Shown: positions 17,976 through 24,328, counted from the stretch's first letter. The stretch is 28,853 bases of DNA from a virus (IMGVR_UViG_3300032216_000647:1-28853); one strand, 5' to 3'. Notes: a model not told the origin generated them from the sequence alone. Translations and numbers: made by a program.

Positions 17976-18184
17976 ATAACCCTCCATTCACGCTCTGGTC
18001 GCCCAGAGTCAGAGTTCACCTTGCGGCCAGTCAGTTCGACCAACCCTTCACGTTGCAACAGTGGCAGTGCCCGAGAACACTGGTTGACGTCCAGCCCCGT
18101 CTTGCGACAGATGCCGTCCTTGCCCAACGCACCAAAGGTGCGCAAGCAACCCAAAATAATCGTGTGATGAGATTGGGAGGACAT
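17972..18184 (-). CDS. Small winged-helix DNA-binding protein (70 aa)
   Basis: I...TGL..NQ.SR.L..L.R.GLVE.TG......SGR.EREW is a wHTH pattern. Confidence 0.7.
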   Translation of the reverse strand: MSSQSHHTIILGCLRTFGALGKDGICRKTGLDVNQCSRALPLLQREGLVELTGRKVNSDSGRPEREWRVI

Positions 18185-18186
18185 GA

Positions 18187-18852
18187 TCAGAAGGGCAGGT
18201 CGTCGTCCATGTCATCGAAGCCAGACCCCTCAGAAGGCGCAGGAGCGGCCTTTGGAGAGCCTGATTTGTTCTGGATGGCCCTCCACTCAGGGGAAGCCAT
18301 GATCTTCTCTTTAAGACCCTTTCCGAAGGTTTCCAGCAAGGCCATGTCAGGATCGGCCAAACGGAACAGTTGGACAGCATTCACGGGACTTGGCAGGCCA
18401 GCGTTCTTGATGAAGGCAGGCACGGGCGAGATCGAGGAGACGTTGGAGTACATCTTGTCGTTCTTGCCGGGGCGGTGGATCACGTTCAGCATGCACCACT
18501 TGTCCAGCACGCTGGAGATGTCAAAGCGTCGCATCTCTTCCTCGTTGAATGGCTTGTTACGCCAGTTCTGGAGGTCAATGCGCAGGTTGGCTTTCTCGTT
18601 CCACGACAGCGTGTAGTTCTTGAAGATGGCGAGAGGGTCACCCTTGGGGGTCACCATGTCGTTGCCTTGGTCGTCACAGCCGTGGAGTTCCCATCCAATG
18701 GAGATCTTGCGCTGGAGCTTTACTTCGCCCATGTACTCGGTTTGCTGTGTGCCAAGGTCAACGATGCGGTAGCAACGAGCCAAGTGCAGGCCGGGCGGAA
18801 CTGGCTTGAAGTCGCCGCCATCAGAGTTGTTTTCAACGATAAATGAGGTCAT
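18187..18852 (-). CDS. Single-stranded DNA-binding-like protein (NGO0469-type family, 221 aa)
   Basis: N-terminal F.P.P.G.H.ARCY.IVDLGTQ and YTLS..EKA.LR..L..WR motifs, plus the acidic SSB-like tail FDDMDDDLPF. Confidence 0.75.
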   Translation of the reverse strand: MTSFIVENNSDGGDFKPVPPGLHLARCYRIVDLGTQQTEYMGEVKLQRKISIGWELHGCDDQGNDMVTPKGDPLAIFKNYTLSWNEKANLRIDLQNWRNKPFNEEEMRRFDISSVLDKWCMLNVIHRPGKNDKMYSNVSSISPVPAFIKNAGLPSPVNAVQLFRLADPDMALLETFGKGLKEKIMASPEWRAIQNKSGSPKAAPAPSEGSGFDDMDDDLPF

Positions 18853-19034
18853 GATTTTTTTCCAAAGATTTCAAAAAAGTTTCGAGTAAATTGTTCAGAG
18901 TTGGTTGTGAAGGGGTCAGGTAATTGCAGTCTCTTGAGTAAGTCCTTTTCCAAAAAGTTGTTGTACTCAGCCTGAGCAACGGGGTCGTTCTTCCACTCCG
19001 CATACTCTTTGTTGCTTGCCATTTCGATTTTCAT
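18849..19034 (-). CDS. Hypothetical protein (61 aa)
   Basis: ATGA overlaps on both sides and SD GGAGG. Confidence 0.6.
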   Translation of the reverse strand: MKIEMASNKEYAEWKNDPVAQAEYNNFLEKDLLKRLQLPDPFTTNSEQFTRNFFEIFGKKS

Positions 19035-19240
19035 TCTGTGCCTCCAAAGAAAAAAGTCATTCCAATTTCAGCAGGCAAACGAGCACCGCCGTTGTAGATG
19101 TGATTGAGGTCGATGGCTTCGTTCATCCCATCGGCCACGCCCATGAAGTAGTGCAGGGTCTCTGTGTGCCAATCAAGCACCATCAGGACGCCGATACGGC
19201 CCTTGCTGGTGTCGTACCAGCGCACGTCTTGCAGATTCAT
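19031..19240 (-). CDS. Hypothetical protein (69 aa)
   Basis: ATGA overlaps on both sides and SD GAGG. Confidence 0.65.
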   Translation of the reverse strand: MNLQDVRWYDTSKGRIGVLMVLDWHTETLHYFMGVADGMNEAIDLNHIYNGGARLPAEIGMTFFFGGTE

Positions 19241-19386
19241 TTAAAGACCTCTCGGAAGTATTTCCATTTGATGCCAAGCAAACGGACTTGTCGCACCCAC
19301 TGGCGCTGGTAGTTGCGGATAGTTTCTGGAGGAGCGTCGTAGTCTCTGAACAGCCGACGCACTTGCTTGAGTCGCAGTGTGTTCAT
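19237..19386 (-). CDS. Small basic phage protein (49 aa; not in ORF track)
   Basis: Hand translation gives MNTLRLKQVRRLFRDYDAPPETIRNYQRQWVRQVRLLGIKWKYFREVFK*. It fills the gap exactly, with ATGA overlaps at both ends. Confidence 0.75.
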   Translation of the reverse strand: MNTLRLKQVRRLFRDYDAPPETIRNYQRQWVRQVRLLGIKWKYFREVFK

Positions 19387-19556
19387 TTTGCAAACCCAAT
19401 CACCATGGTCACTGCCAAGCAGATCATGCCGATCATGTAGAGCGTGTAGCCTACTTTTTCGAGGGGGGTGAGTTGGGGGCGACCATCGCTGACAAGGTTC
19501 TGTCTGAGGGTCTTGAGGAGTGCCTTGTTATCGGCACGAGTGCGGATGTATTTCAT
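19383..19556 (-). CDS. Small protein with C-terminal transmembrane helix (about 57 aa), first gene of the leftward operon
   Basis: The likely start is ATG 19556 (or 19568), downstream of the leftward promoter. The C-terminus VGYTLYMIGMICLAVTMVIGF is hydrophobic. Confidence 0.6.
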   Translation of the reverse strand: MKYIRTRADNKALLKTLRQNLVSDGRPQLTPLEKVGYTLYMIGMICLAVTMVIGFAK

Positions 19557-19590
19557 ACTTTCTTTCATAAACCGTCGTATCGACGTGAGC

Positions 19591-19615
19591 AAATCATAAC
19601 ATGAAGTTAAAACGG
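19591..19615 (-). promoter_or_regulatory. Leftward early promoter (extended -10) overlapping operator-like palindrome TAAC-N5-GTTA
   Basis: The minus strand reads ccgttttaacttcaTGtTATGAT. The 19-mer ccgttttaacttcatgtta recurs exactly at 22953-22971 (+). Confidence 0.7.
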
Positions 19616-19644
19616 CATTGAAAGGTAACCCGACAAAACTGTGA

Positions 19645-19676
19645 GGGTATTTTAATTTTAGGTTAATGTACAATAG
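19645..19676 (+). promoter_or_regulatory. Rightward promoter (-10 TACAAT) with operator-like site ttaat-tttag-gttaa
   Basis: TACAAT at 19669-19674 in an AT-rich divergent intergenic region, with a near-palindrome at 19652-19666. Confidence 0.55.
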
Positions 19677-19680
19677 TTGC

Positions 19681-19968
19681 GTTGGTGGTCAAGCGAAGGG
19701 ACGTCAGTCAATTGAGGCTGGAGGGTCACGCAAGGCTTATGGTCTGCCATCAGACAAGCCGTCCGGGTGAAAGGCTCCCGGAGCCAACACGCATGGGGAT
19801 TGACAACTATATGGGTTCATCCATGATTAGTCCCCAGTCGTGTTGGGTGTTAAGCCAGCATTCGAGGATGTCATGTGTACATTTTTCTGGCTTTCCTGTA
19901 CACGTTCAAGATGACATGTTCATAAAACGTCGATTTTTGAACATAACGACCAAATCGAACCCAACAAC
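19681..19968 (+). ncRNA. Cluster of three putative structured RNA elements (multi-stem junction, long hairpin, pseudoknotted element)
   Basis: About 290 nt of leader between the promoter and cro, with many complementary segments: gttgg/ccaac, ggacg/cgtcc, gtctg/cagac, ccggg/cccgg; ccaacacg/cgtgttgg, tggggatt/agtcccca; gtgtaca/tgtacac, aagccag/ctggctt, atgttca/tgaacat, ttcga/tcgaa, gttggg/cccaac. Confidence 0.65.
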
Positions 19969-19981
19969 ACATGAGGAAGAC

Positions 19982-20188
19982 ATGACACTGGAAGAGTATT
20001 TTTCGACGGAGCCACTTGGATCGAAGTCAGAGATGGCCGAGTATCTGGGCATTAGCCTGACATGGATGTCGATGCTGATCTACGGTCGCCGTCAGCCTTC
20101 TGCCATGTTGTCGGTGAAGATTGAGCAGGCCACGCAGGGACTGGTGACACGCGAGGAGTTGCGCCCAGATCTGTTTTTCGTGGTATAG
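19982..20188 (+). CDS. Cro/YdaS-family HTH transcriptional regulator (68 aa)
   Basis: ATG 19982 with SD GAGGA. MAEYLGIS..WMS....G.RQPS.....IEQAT.G.VTREELRPDLF carries the YdaS/Cro signature LRPD. Confidence 0.85.
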   Translation: MTLEEYFSTEPLGSKSEMAEYLGISLTWMSMLIYGRRQPSAMLSVKIEQATQGLVTREELRPDLFFVV

Positions 20189-20189
20189 T
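20181..20189 (+). promoter_or_regulatory. Possible extended -10 promoter for the replication genes
   Basis: TGgTATAGT overlaps the cro stop codon and lies just upstream of a structured leader. Confidence 0.45.
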
Positions 20190-20194
20190 TTTTT

Positions 20195-20280
20195 GAAACA
20201 CGGCTAGGTTCGGGGTAGCTCCCCAGACCGAAAAGCGTACTCCCCGCCTGCCGCTTGTTTCTTTCTGGGAGTTTGCGGAG
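20195..20280 (+). ncRNA. Structured cis-regulatory leader upstream of the replication initiator
   Basis: Closing stem aaacacggc..agg / cct..gccg..tgttt, hairpin ggttcgggg-tagct-ccccagacc, and hairpin gcg-tactccc-cgc whose loop is complementary to gggagt (20267-20272) beside the SD. Confidence 0.6.
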
Positions 20281-20288
20281 ATGCTTAA

Positions 20289-21005
20289 ATGCACTATTAC
20301 CAATTCAACATTGGTGACTACGTCAGTCACACACGGCACTTGTCTCCAATCGAAGACATTGCATATCGTCGTTTGCTCGACGCCTACTACCTCAGTGAAC
20401 GCCCGTTGAACAGCGGTGTAGCGTCCGTTGCACGCCAAATTGGCATGCGAGAGTACGAGCAGGAAGTGGGTTTAGTGCTTCAAGAGTTCTTTTCTCTTGG
20501 AGACGAGGGTTGGACAAACTCTCGGGCCGACAAGGAAATTGAACACTTTCGAGCCAAAATTGAGCAAGCTACAAGGGCTGGCAAAGCGTCCGCAGAGCGT
20601 CGGCATAACGCACGTTCAACGGGCGTTGGAACGGACGTTCAACCAACCAATAACCATAAACCAATAACCAATAACCAAGAACCAAAGAAAGATACGGCTG
20701 TCGCCGTTTGTCCTGTCAACGTGGATGAACAGGTTTGGTCTGACTTCCTGTCGCTTCGCAAGACGAAGAAGGCTCCGATGACCGTGACTGCGTTGGCTGG
20801 CATCAAACGCGAAGCTGACAAAGCTGGGTGGCCGCTGGAGAAAGCCTTGGCGGAGTGCGTAGCACGGGGCTGGACGGGCTTCAACGCTGAATGGGTAGCA
20901 GACACCAGCATGAGCAAGTCTGCTCAGCAGAGTGCAAAGATCATGTCGGGGCTGACCCGCGGAAAAATTGGAGGTGGCTTAAATGTCAAACTACTCGGAC
21001 GATGA
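20289..21005 (+). CDS. YdaU/DUF1376-family phage replication initiation protein (238 aa)
   Basis: MHYYQFNIGDY..HT.HLS..ED.AYRRLLD.YY..E.PL is the N-terminal signature. The C-terminal domain reads W.DF..LRK.KKAP.T..A...RGW.GF. Confidence 0.9.
   Translation: MHYYQFNIGDYVSHTRHLSPIEDIAYRRLLDAYYLSERPLNSGVASVARQIGMREYEQEVGLVLQEFFSLGDEGWTNSRADKEIEHFRAKIEQATRAGKASAERRHNARSTGVGTDVQPTNNHKPITNNQEPKKDTAVAVCPVNVDEQVWSDFLSLRKTKKAPMTVTALAGIKREADKAGWPLEKALAECVARGWTGFNAEWVADTSMSKSAQQSAKIMSGLTRGKIGGGLNVKLLGR
20645..20686 (+). repeat. Six tandem AACCANN heptamers, candidate origin iterons
   Basis: aaccaat aaccata aaccaat aaccaat aaccaag aaccaaa lies inside the initiator gene, where lambdoid origins are located. 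Confidence 0.7.
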
Positions 21006-21390
21006 CTTTTGTTCTGCCGATGACGGCATGGACTACATCTTTGCGACCATGGGCGCGATCTATGGGGCATCCTTCAAACGCAACTGGGAGGGGTCAGACC
21101 TTGAGTTTGTCCGCGACGTCTGGATGCAACAGCTTGGCCGCTTTGCGACTTACAAGCCCACCATCGACTACGCACTTTCCCGGATGAAGGGTGAGTTCCC
21201 GCCGAGCGCCATCACCTTCCGCGACTACTGCAACGCTGGCCCGGCCATTCCTGAAAAGCCACAAGTCCTCATCGAAAAGCAACTGACTCAGTACGAGAAG
21301 GCCCGGCTTGAGTTGCGCAAAGCTGAGGCTCTGGAAAAGCTCAAAGAACTGCGCAAGCACTACGGGGCCAAAAATGTTGACGAAGCATGA
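20983..21390 (+). CDS. Putative replicative helicase loader (lambda P-like position, 135 aa)
   Basis: Directly follows the initiator and has the IF..M.A.YG..F...W, W...L..F and FPP....F...C patterns. SD GGAGG. Confidence 0.6.
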   Translation: MSNYSDDDFCSADDGMDYIFATMGAIYGASFKRNWEGSDLEFVRDVWMQQLGRFATYKPTIDYALSRMKGEFPPSAITFRDYCNAGPAIPEKPQVLIEKQLTQYEKARLELRKAEALEKLKELRKHYGAKNVDEA

Positions 21391-21595
21391 AGCCAAAAAA
21401 ATCCTCGACCAAATCCGGGAGGGTTACGGCAATGCCTACACCGAGGCTTGCGCCATCGAATGTCTCTATCTCAGCGGAGACCTTGACGTACATGGCCCAA
21501 TGCGAAGCGAGAGAGTGGATCAGCCGCTACAAAGCGAAGGCTTCTACGCTAGGCGCAGAGAGAGCGCGATCATGGTGGGACGGAGTAAAGCATGA
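21374..21595 (+). CDS. Hypothetical protein (73 aa), overlapping frame
   Basis: ATG 21374 after GGGG. EAKKILD.IREG....I..L.LSGDL resembles a small phage protein pattern I recall. It overlaps the next ORF extensively. Confidence 0.45.
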   Translation: MLTKHEAKKILDQIREGYGNAYTEACAIECLYLSGDLDVHGPMRSERVDQPLQSEGFYARRRESAIMVGRSKA

Positions 21596-21671
21596 CATCG
21601 CAAAACGCCGTGGTCAGGCAGGGCTGGACACCTTGGTCAGCAACATGAACGCCGAGAGGGCCAAAAAATGA
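21387..21671 (+). CDS. Hypothetical phage protein (up to 94 aa; start uncertain)
   Basis: The C-terminal QCEAREW..RY.....W...DI.KRRG....L...MN is protein-like. ATGA overlaps occur at both ends. Confidence 0.6.
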   Translation: MKPKKSSTKSGRVTAMPTPRLAPSNVSISAETLTYMAQCEAREWISRYKAKASTLGAERARSWWDGVKHDIAKRRGQAGLDTLVSNMNAERAKK

Positions 21672-22117
21672 TCTACATGGGCATAGACCCCGGCTTCACC
21701 GGAGCGTGGGGAATGATCACGCACAACGGCAACTATGTCTCTTGCGGGGACATGCACCACACTGATCGGCACATCGAGACACGCAAGGTCTTCGCCGAGA
21801 TGTCGCAGGCTCGTGACCTGCAAGATCTGTCGATCGTGGTTGAAGAGGTACACGCCATGCCCAAGCAGGGGGTCAGTAGCACCTTCAAGTTTGGCATGGC
21901 CTACGGGGCCGCATTGGCCCTTGCAGAGCGTTTCAACACGCACTGGGATCTGGTCACCCCACAAAGGTGGAAGAAGGCCATGGGGCTGTCGTCCGACAAG
22001 AAGGACAGCCTTGCGATGGCGAGAGAGTTGTGGCCCAACGCGCCACTCACAAGAGCAATGGACAACGGTCGGGCCGAGGCTCTCCTGTTGGCCGAATACC
22101 TACGACGAACTACTTGA
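21668..22117 (+). CDS. RuvC-like Holliday junction resolvase (149 aa)
   Basis: The motifs GIDPG, VVEEVHAMPKQGVSSTFKFG..YG, P..WK and D.GRAEALLLA are present. Confidence 0.88.
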   Translation: MIYMGIDPGFTGAWGMITHNGNYVSCGDMHHTDRHIETRKVFAEMSQARDLQDLSIVVEEVHAMPKQGVSSTFKFGMAYGAALALAERFNTHWDLVTPQRWKKAMGLSSDKKDSLAMARELWPNAPLTRAMDNGRAEALLLAEYLRRTT

Positions 22118-22129
22118 AAGGCAACCAAG

Positions 22130-22327
22130 ATGCAATACGCAACATTGACAGTACGCGCAGAAGAAGGAAAAGTGAACTTGAGCATGGACTTCAAGACGGC
22201 CAACCCAGTTTTCCAAATTGACTATTTGAACGACTGGATTTATGAGCTTCAAAAAATCCGGGATGCTTTGTTGGCTCAAGAGCGACCAGATGTTCGGGCC
22301 GCATTGTGGGGAGATGCTGATGACTGA
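22130..22327 (+). CDS. Hypothetical protein (65 aa)
   Basis: SD GAAAGG and tiled in the operon. Confidence 0.65.
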   Translation: MQYATLTVRAEEGKVNLSMDFKTANPVFQIDYLNDWIYELQKIRDALLAQERPDVRAALWGDADD

Positions 22328-22664
22328 AAAAATGATTGACCCCCAGCAGGCGGTGGACTACATCATCGAACACAGCAAAGACTACGCGATCGCAGAGTCG
22401 AACAAAGTGTTCATGGAGGAGATGCGCAAGACCATCAAGGCCGAGTGCATGGCAGACGCTGAGTTGCGCGGACACAAAACAGCCGCCATCCAAGAGCGAG
22501 AGGCGTATGCGCACCCGAAGTACAAAGAGCATTTGCAGGCCATCAAAGAGGCCGTCAGGCGCAGGGAAGAGCTTCGCTGGATGCTGATAGCCGCACAGGC
22601 CCGAGTCGAGGTCTGGCGGTCGCAGGAAGCGTCCAATCGCCACGTTGAAAGGGCTACCCTGTGA
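22320..22664 (+). CDS. Conserved helical phage protein (114 aa; possibly UvsY-like recombination mediator)
   Basis: ATG 22320 with SD GGGGAG. QEREAYAHP.Y..HL.....EE.LRW.L.AAQAR.EVWRS.EAS.R suggests a coiled coil. The function is an inference. Confidence 0.65.
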   Translation: MTEKMIDPQQAVDYIIEHSKDYAIAESNKVFMEEMRKTIKAECMADAELRGHKTAAIQEREAYAHPKYKEHLQAIKEAVRRREELRWMLIAAQARVEVWRSQEASNRHVERATL

Positions 22665-22924
22665 ACAACAAACTCACGCAGAAGGAGCGTGACCACATCG
22701 GGCAGGTCAAGGAGTTGCCTTGCTCAGTGTGTGACCAGCCCGGCCCCTCGGACGCCCACCACATCGAGCAGAAGCTCCAGTACCTGTGCGTGGCTCTGTG
22801 CAAATCATGCCATCAAGGCTCACTCATGGGCTGGCACGGCCAGAAGAGGGCATGGGCCATCGCCAAGATGACCGAGTTGGACGCCCTGAACGTGACCATA
22901 AAACGACTTAGGGAAAACACCTAG
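22661..22924 (+). CDS. Ref/DUF968-like HNH-type Zn-binding nuclease (87 aa)
   Basis: LPCSVC...GPSDAHHI...LCVALCKSCH gives two CxxC motifs plus HH. It starts with a GTGA overlap. Confidence 0.75.
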   Translation: MNNKLTQKERDHIGQVKELPCSVCDQPGPSDAHHIEQKLQYLCVALCKSCHQGSLMGWHGQKRAWAIAKMTELDALNVTIKRLRENT

Positions 22925-22949
22925 AAACTTTTTTTAAAAAAGATTCCCA

Positions 22950-22976
22950 AAACCGTTTTAACTTCATGTTAAAATT
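22950..22976 (+). promoter_or_regulatory. Promoter (extended -10 TGtTAAAAT) overlapped by perfect palindrome TTTTAAC-ttcat-GTTAAAA
   Basis: AT-rich intergenic gap, with a 19-bp exact match to the leftward promoter at 19597-19615. Confidence 0.75.
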
Positions 22977-23016
22977 CCAATCACTGCAATAAGCAGGTTA
23001 CTTGAAGGAAATCATC

Positions 23017-23334
23017 ATGACAGCAATCGCAACTCAAATCCAGACAGAAGCTCTGGTCGCTACCCTCTCCAACGACATCGACGCCTTATTCGTCCTCGAC
23101 CAGCAAGCAAAGGCTTTGGCCGACCAAATCAAGGCTATGAAAGAGGCCATCGCCAACAAGTACGGCGAAGGCGAACACAAGGGCGAACTGCACAGCGTGA
23201 CCGTGCAGTTGGTCGCAGTGTCTGGCACGGTCGACTACAAAAAGCTGTGCGTCCAGTACGGCATCACAGACGACGTCTTGGCTACCTTCCGCAAGGCTGG
23301 CCGTGCAGACATCCGCGTGACCCCAGCCAAGTAA
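23017..23334 (+). CDS. Hypothetical phage protein (105 aa)
   Basis: ATG 23017 with SD GAAGGA. It has an N-terminal coiled coil and a TVDYKKL motif. Confidence 0.75.
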   Translation: MTAIATQIQTEALVATLSNDIDALFVLDQQAKALADQIKAMKEAIANKYGEGEHKGELHSVTVQLVAVSGTVDYKKLCVQYGITDDVLATFRKAGRADIRVTPAK

Positions 23335-23344
23335 GGAGAACACC

Positions 23345-23671
23345 ATGATCACCAAAGACCAGTTCCCCTTCGCCAACCACCACAGCTACACAGACGTCAC
23401 CCCCTACGAGGTGGTGCGCGTCATCAGCGACAAGACCATCGAGATCCGCGAGATGAAGGCAGAGCGTGACGAGTCAGTCAAGCTCGACTGGGCGGTCGGT
23501 GGCTTCGCAGGCCACTGCGTTAACCAGCACGACCAGAAGTGGAGCATCTCCAGCGACGAGTCGGCTCCAGTCATCCGCGCACGCAAGCGTGTCGACGGCT
23601 ACTACCACAGCCCCTACGGTCGCCACATGCTCAACGACAAACCAATCCGTTTTTACGATTACAACTTTTAA
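23345..23671 (+). CDS. Hypothetical phage protein (108 aa)
   Basis: Strong SD AAGGAG, strongly C-ending codons and C-terminal FYDYNF. Confidence 0.8.
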   Translation: MITKDQFPFANHHSYTDVTPYEVVRVISDKTIEIREMKAERDESVKLDWAVGGFAGHCVNQHDQKWSISSDESAPVIRARKRVDGYYHSPYGRHMLNDKPIRFYDYNF

Positions 23672-23678
23672 TTAAAAC

Positions 23679-23692
23679 GGGGCTTCGGCCCC
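23679..23692. terminator. GC hairpin ggggc-TTCG-gcccc (stabiliser/processing site or minus-strand terminator)
   Basis: A perfect stem with a cUUCGg loop. It has no U-tract on +, while the upstream A-run gives a U-tract on -. Confidence 0.55.
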
Positions 23693-23707
23693 TCACTGGA
23701 GAACATC

Positions 23708-23899
23708 ATGAACACAGAAATCGAAACAATCATTAAATGCGAAGAAGGCGTCCGCGTGTCAGTCTCTGACTTTGACGAGAACGTGTGGTTGCACCTGAGC
23801 ATGCGCCACGGCACTGCCCACGCCGTGCTGAACCGCGCTGAGGCTGAACTGCTGGTGGCAGGCTTGCAGGCCATCTTGGCGCAAGAAGTGGCGGCATGA
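23708..23899 (+). CDS. Hypothetical protein (63 aa)
   Basis: SD GGAGA and an ATGA overlap with the next gene. Confidence 0.75.
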   Translation: MNTEIETIIKCEEGVRVSVSDFDENVWLHLSMRHGTAHAVLNRAEAELLVAGLQAILAQEVAA

Positions 23900-24081
23900 A
23901 CCTGTTTGACCAAGTCGAGTCCGAACTGCTTCGGCAGTTTCGGGCCACACCACAGGAGCAACGGGCGGAGGAAGACCGCCTGCGCAAAATCCAACGCGAG
24001 TGGGAAGCAAAGCACACCGCCATCGAAACTGATGCAGACCGCGCCGACCAAGACGAATACCCCGAGGAGCCAGAGGAATGA
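23896..24081 (+). CDS. Hypothetical acidic protein (61 aa)
   Basis: ATGA overlaps at both ends. Confidence 0.65.
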   Translation: MNLFDQVESELLRQFRATPQEQRAEEDRLRKIQREWEAKHTAIETDADRADQDEYPEEPEE

Positions 24082-24257
24082 ACGAAACCACCATGTCCGA
24101 ATACATCAAGGGCTTTGACGCAGGCGTGGACTACGTCCTGACCGAGATTGCCCTGCTCGAAAAACAAGGCTTTTGTAGCCTCGATCGTGTGTTGAAGCAC
24201 CTAGACCCTAGGCGGGACGAAAAAGCGGCTCAAATGGCCGAAAAGGAGGCTTCTTGA
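24078..24257 (+). CDS. Hypothetical protein (59 aa; not in ORF track)
   Basis: Hand translation gives MNETTMSEYIKGFDAGVDYVLTEI...EKEAS*. SD GAGGAG and an ATGA overlap. Confidence 0.7.
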   Translation: MNETTMSEYIKGFDAGVDYVLTEIALLEKQGFCSLDRVLKHLDPRRDEKAAQMAEKEAS

Positions 24258-24328
24258 GCTTTGTACGCAAGCCTGACGTAGCGTTGGAAGTTAAACAAGC
24301 ATGCCGAGAGGCGAGGAGTAAAAAATGA
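24254..24328 (+). CDS. Possible 24-aa mini-ORF
   Basis: TTG start after a perfect AAGGAGG, with TTGA and ATGA overlaps. Product MSFVRKPDVALEVKQACREARSKK. Confidence 0.35.
   Translation: MSFVRKPDVALEVKQACREARSKK

Noticed and set aside
19681-19790. Canonical tRNA gene
   Set aside because: It has no GTTCRA T-loop, no 7-nt anticodon loop and wrong arm spacing. It is kept only as a tRNA-like structure.
19682-19981. 168-aa ORF 19682-20188 as an N-terminally extended Cro
   Set aside because: It has a TTG start with no SD, and the extension is not protein-like and coincides with dense RNA structure. ATG 19982 has a good SD and gives a typical 68-aa Cro/YdaS.
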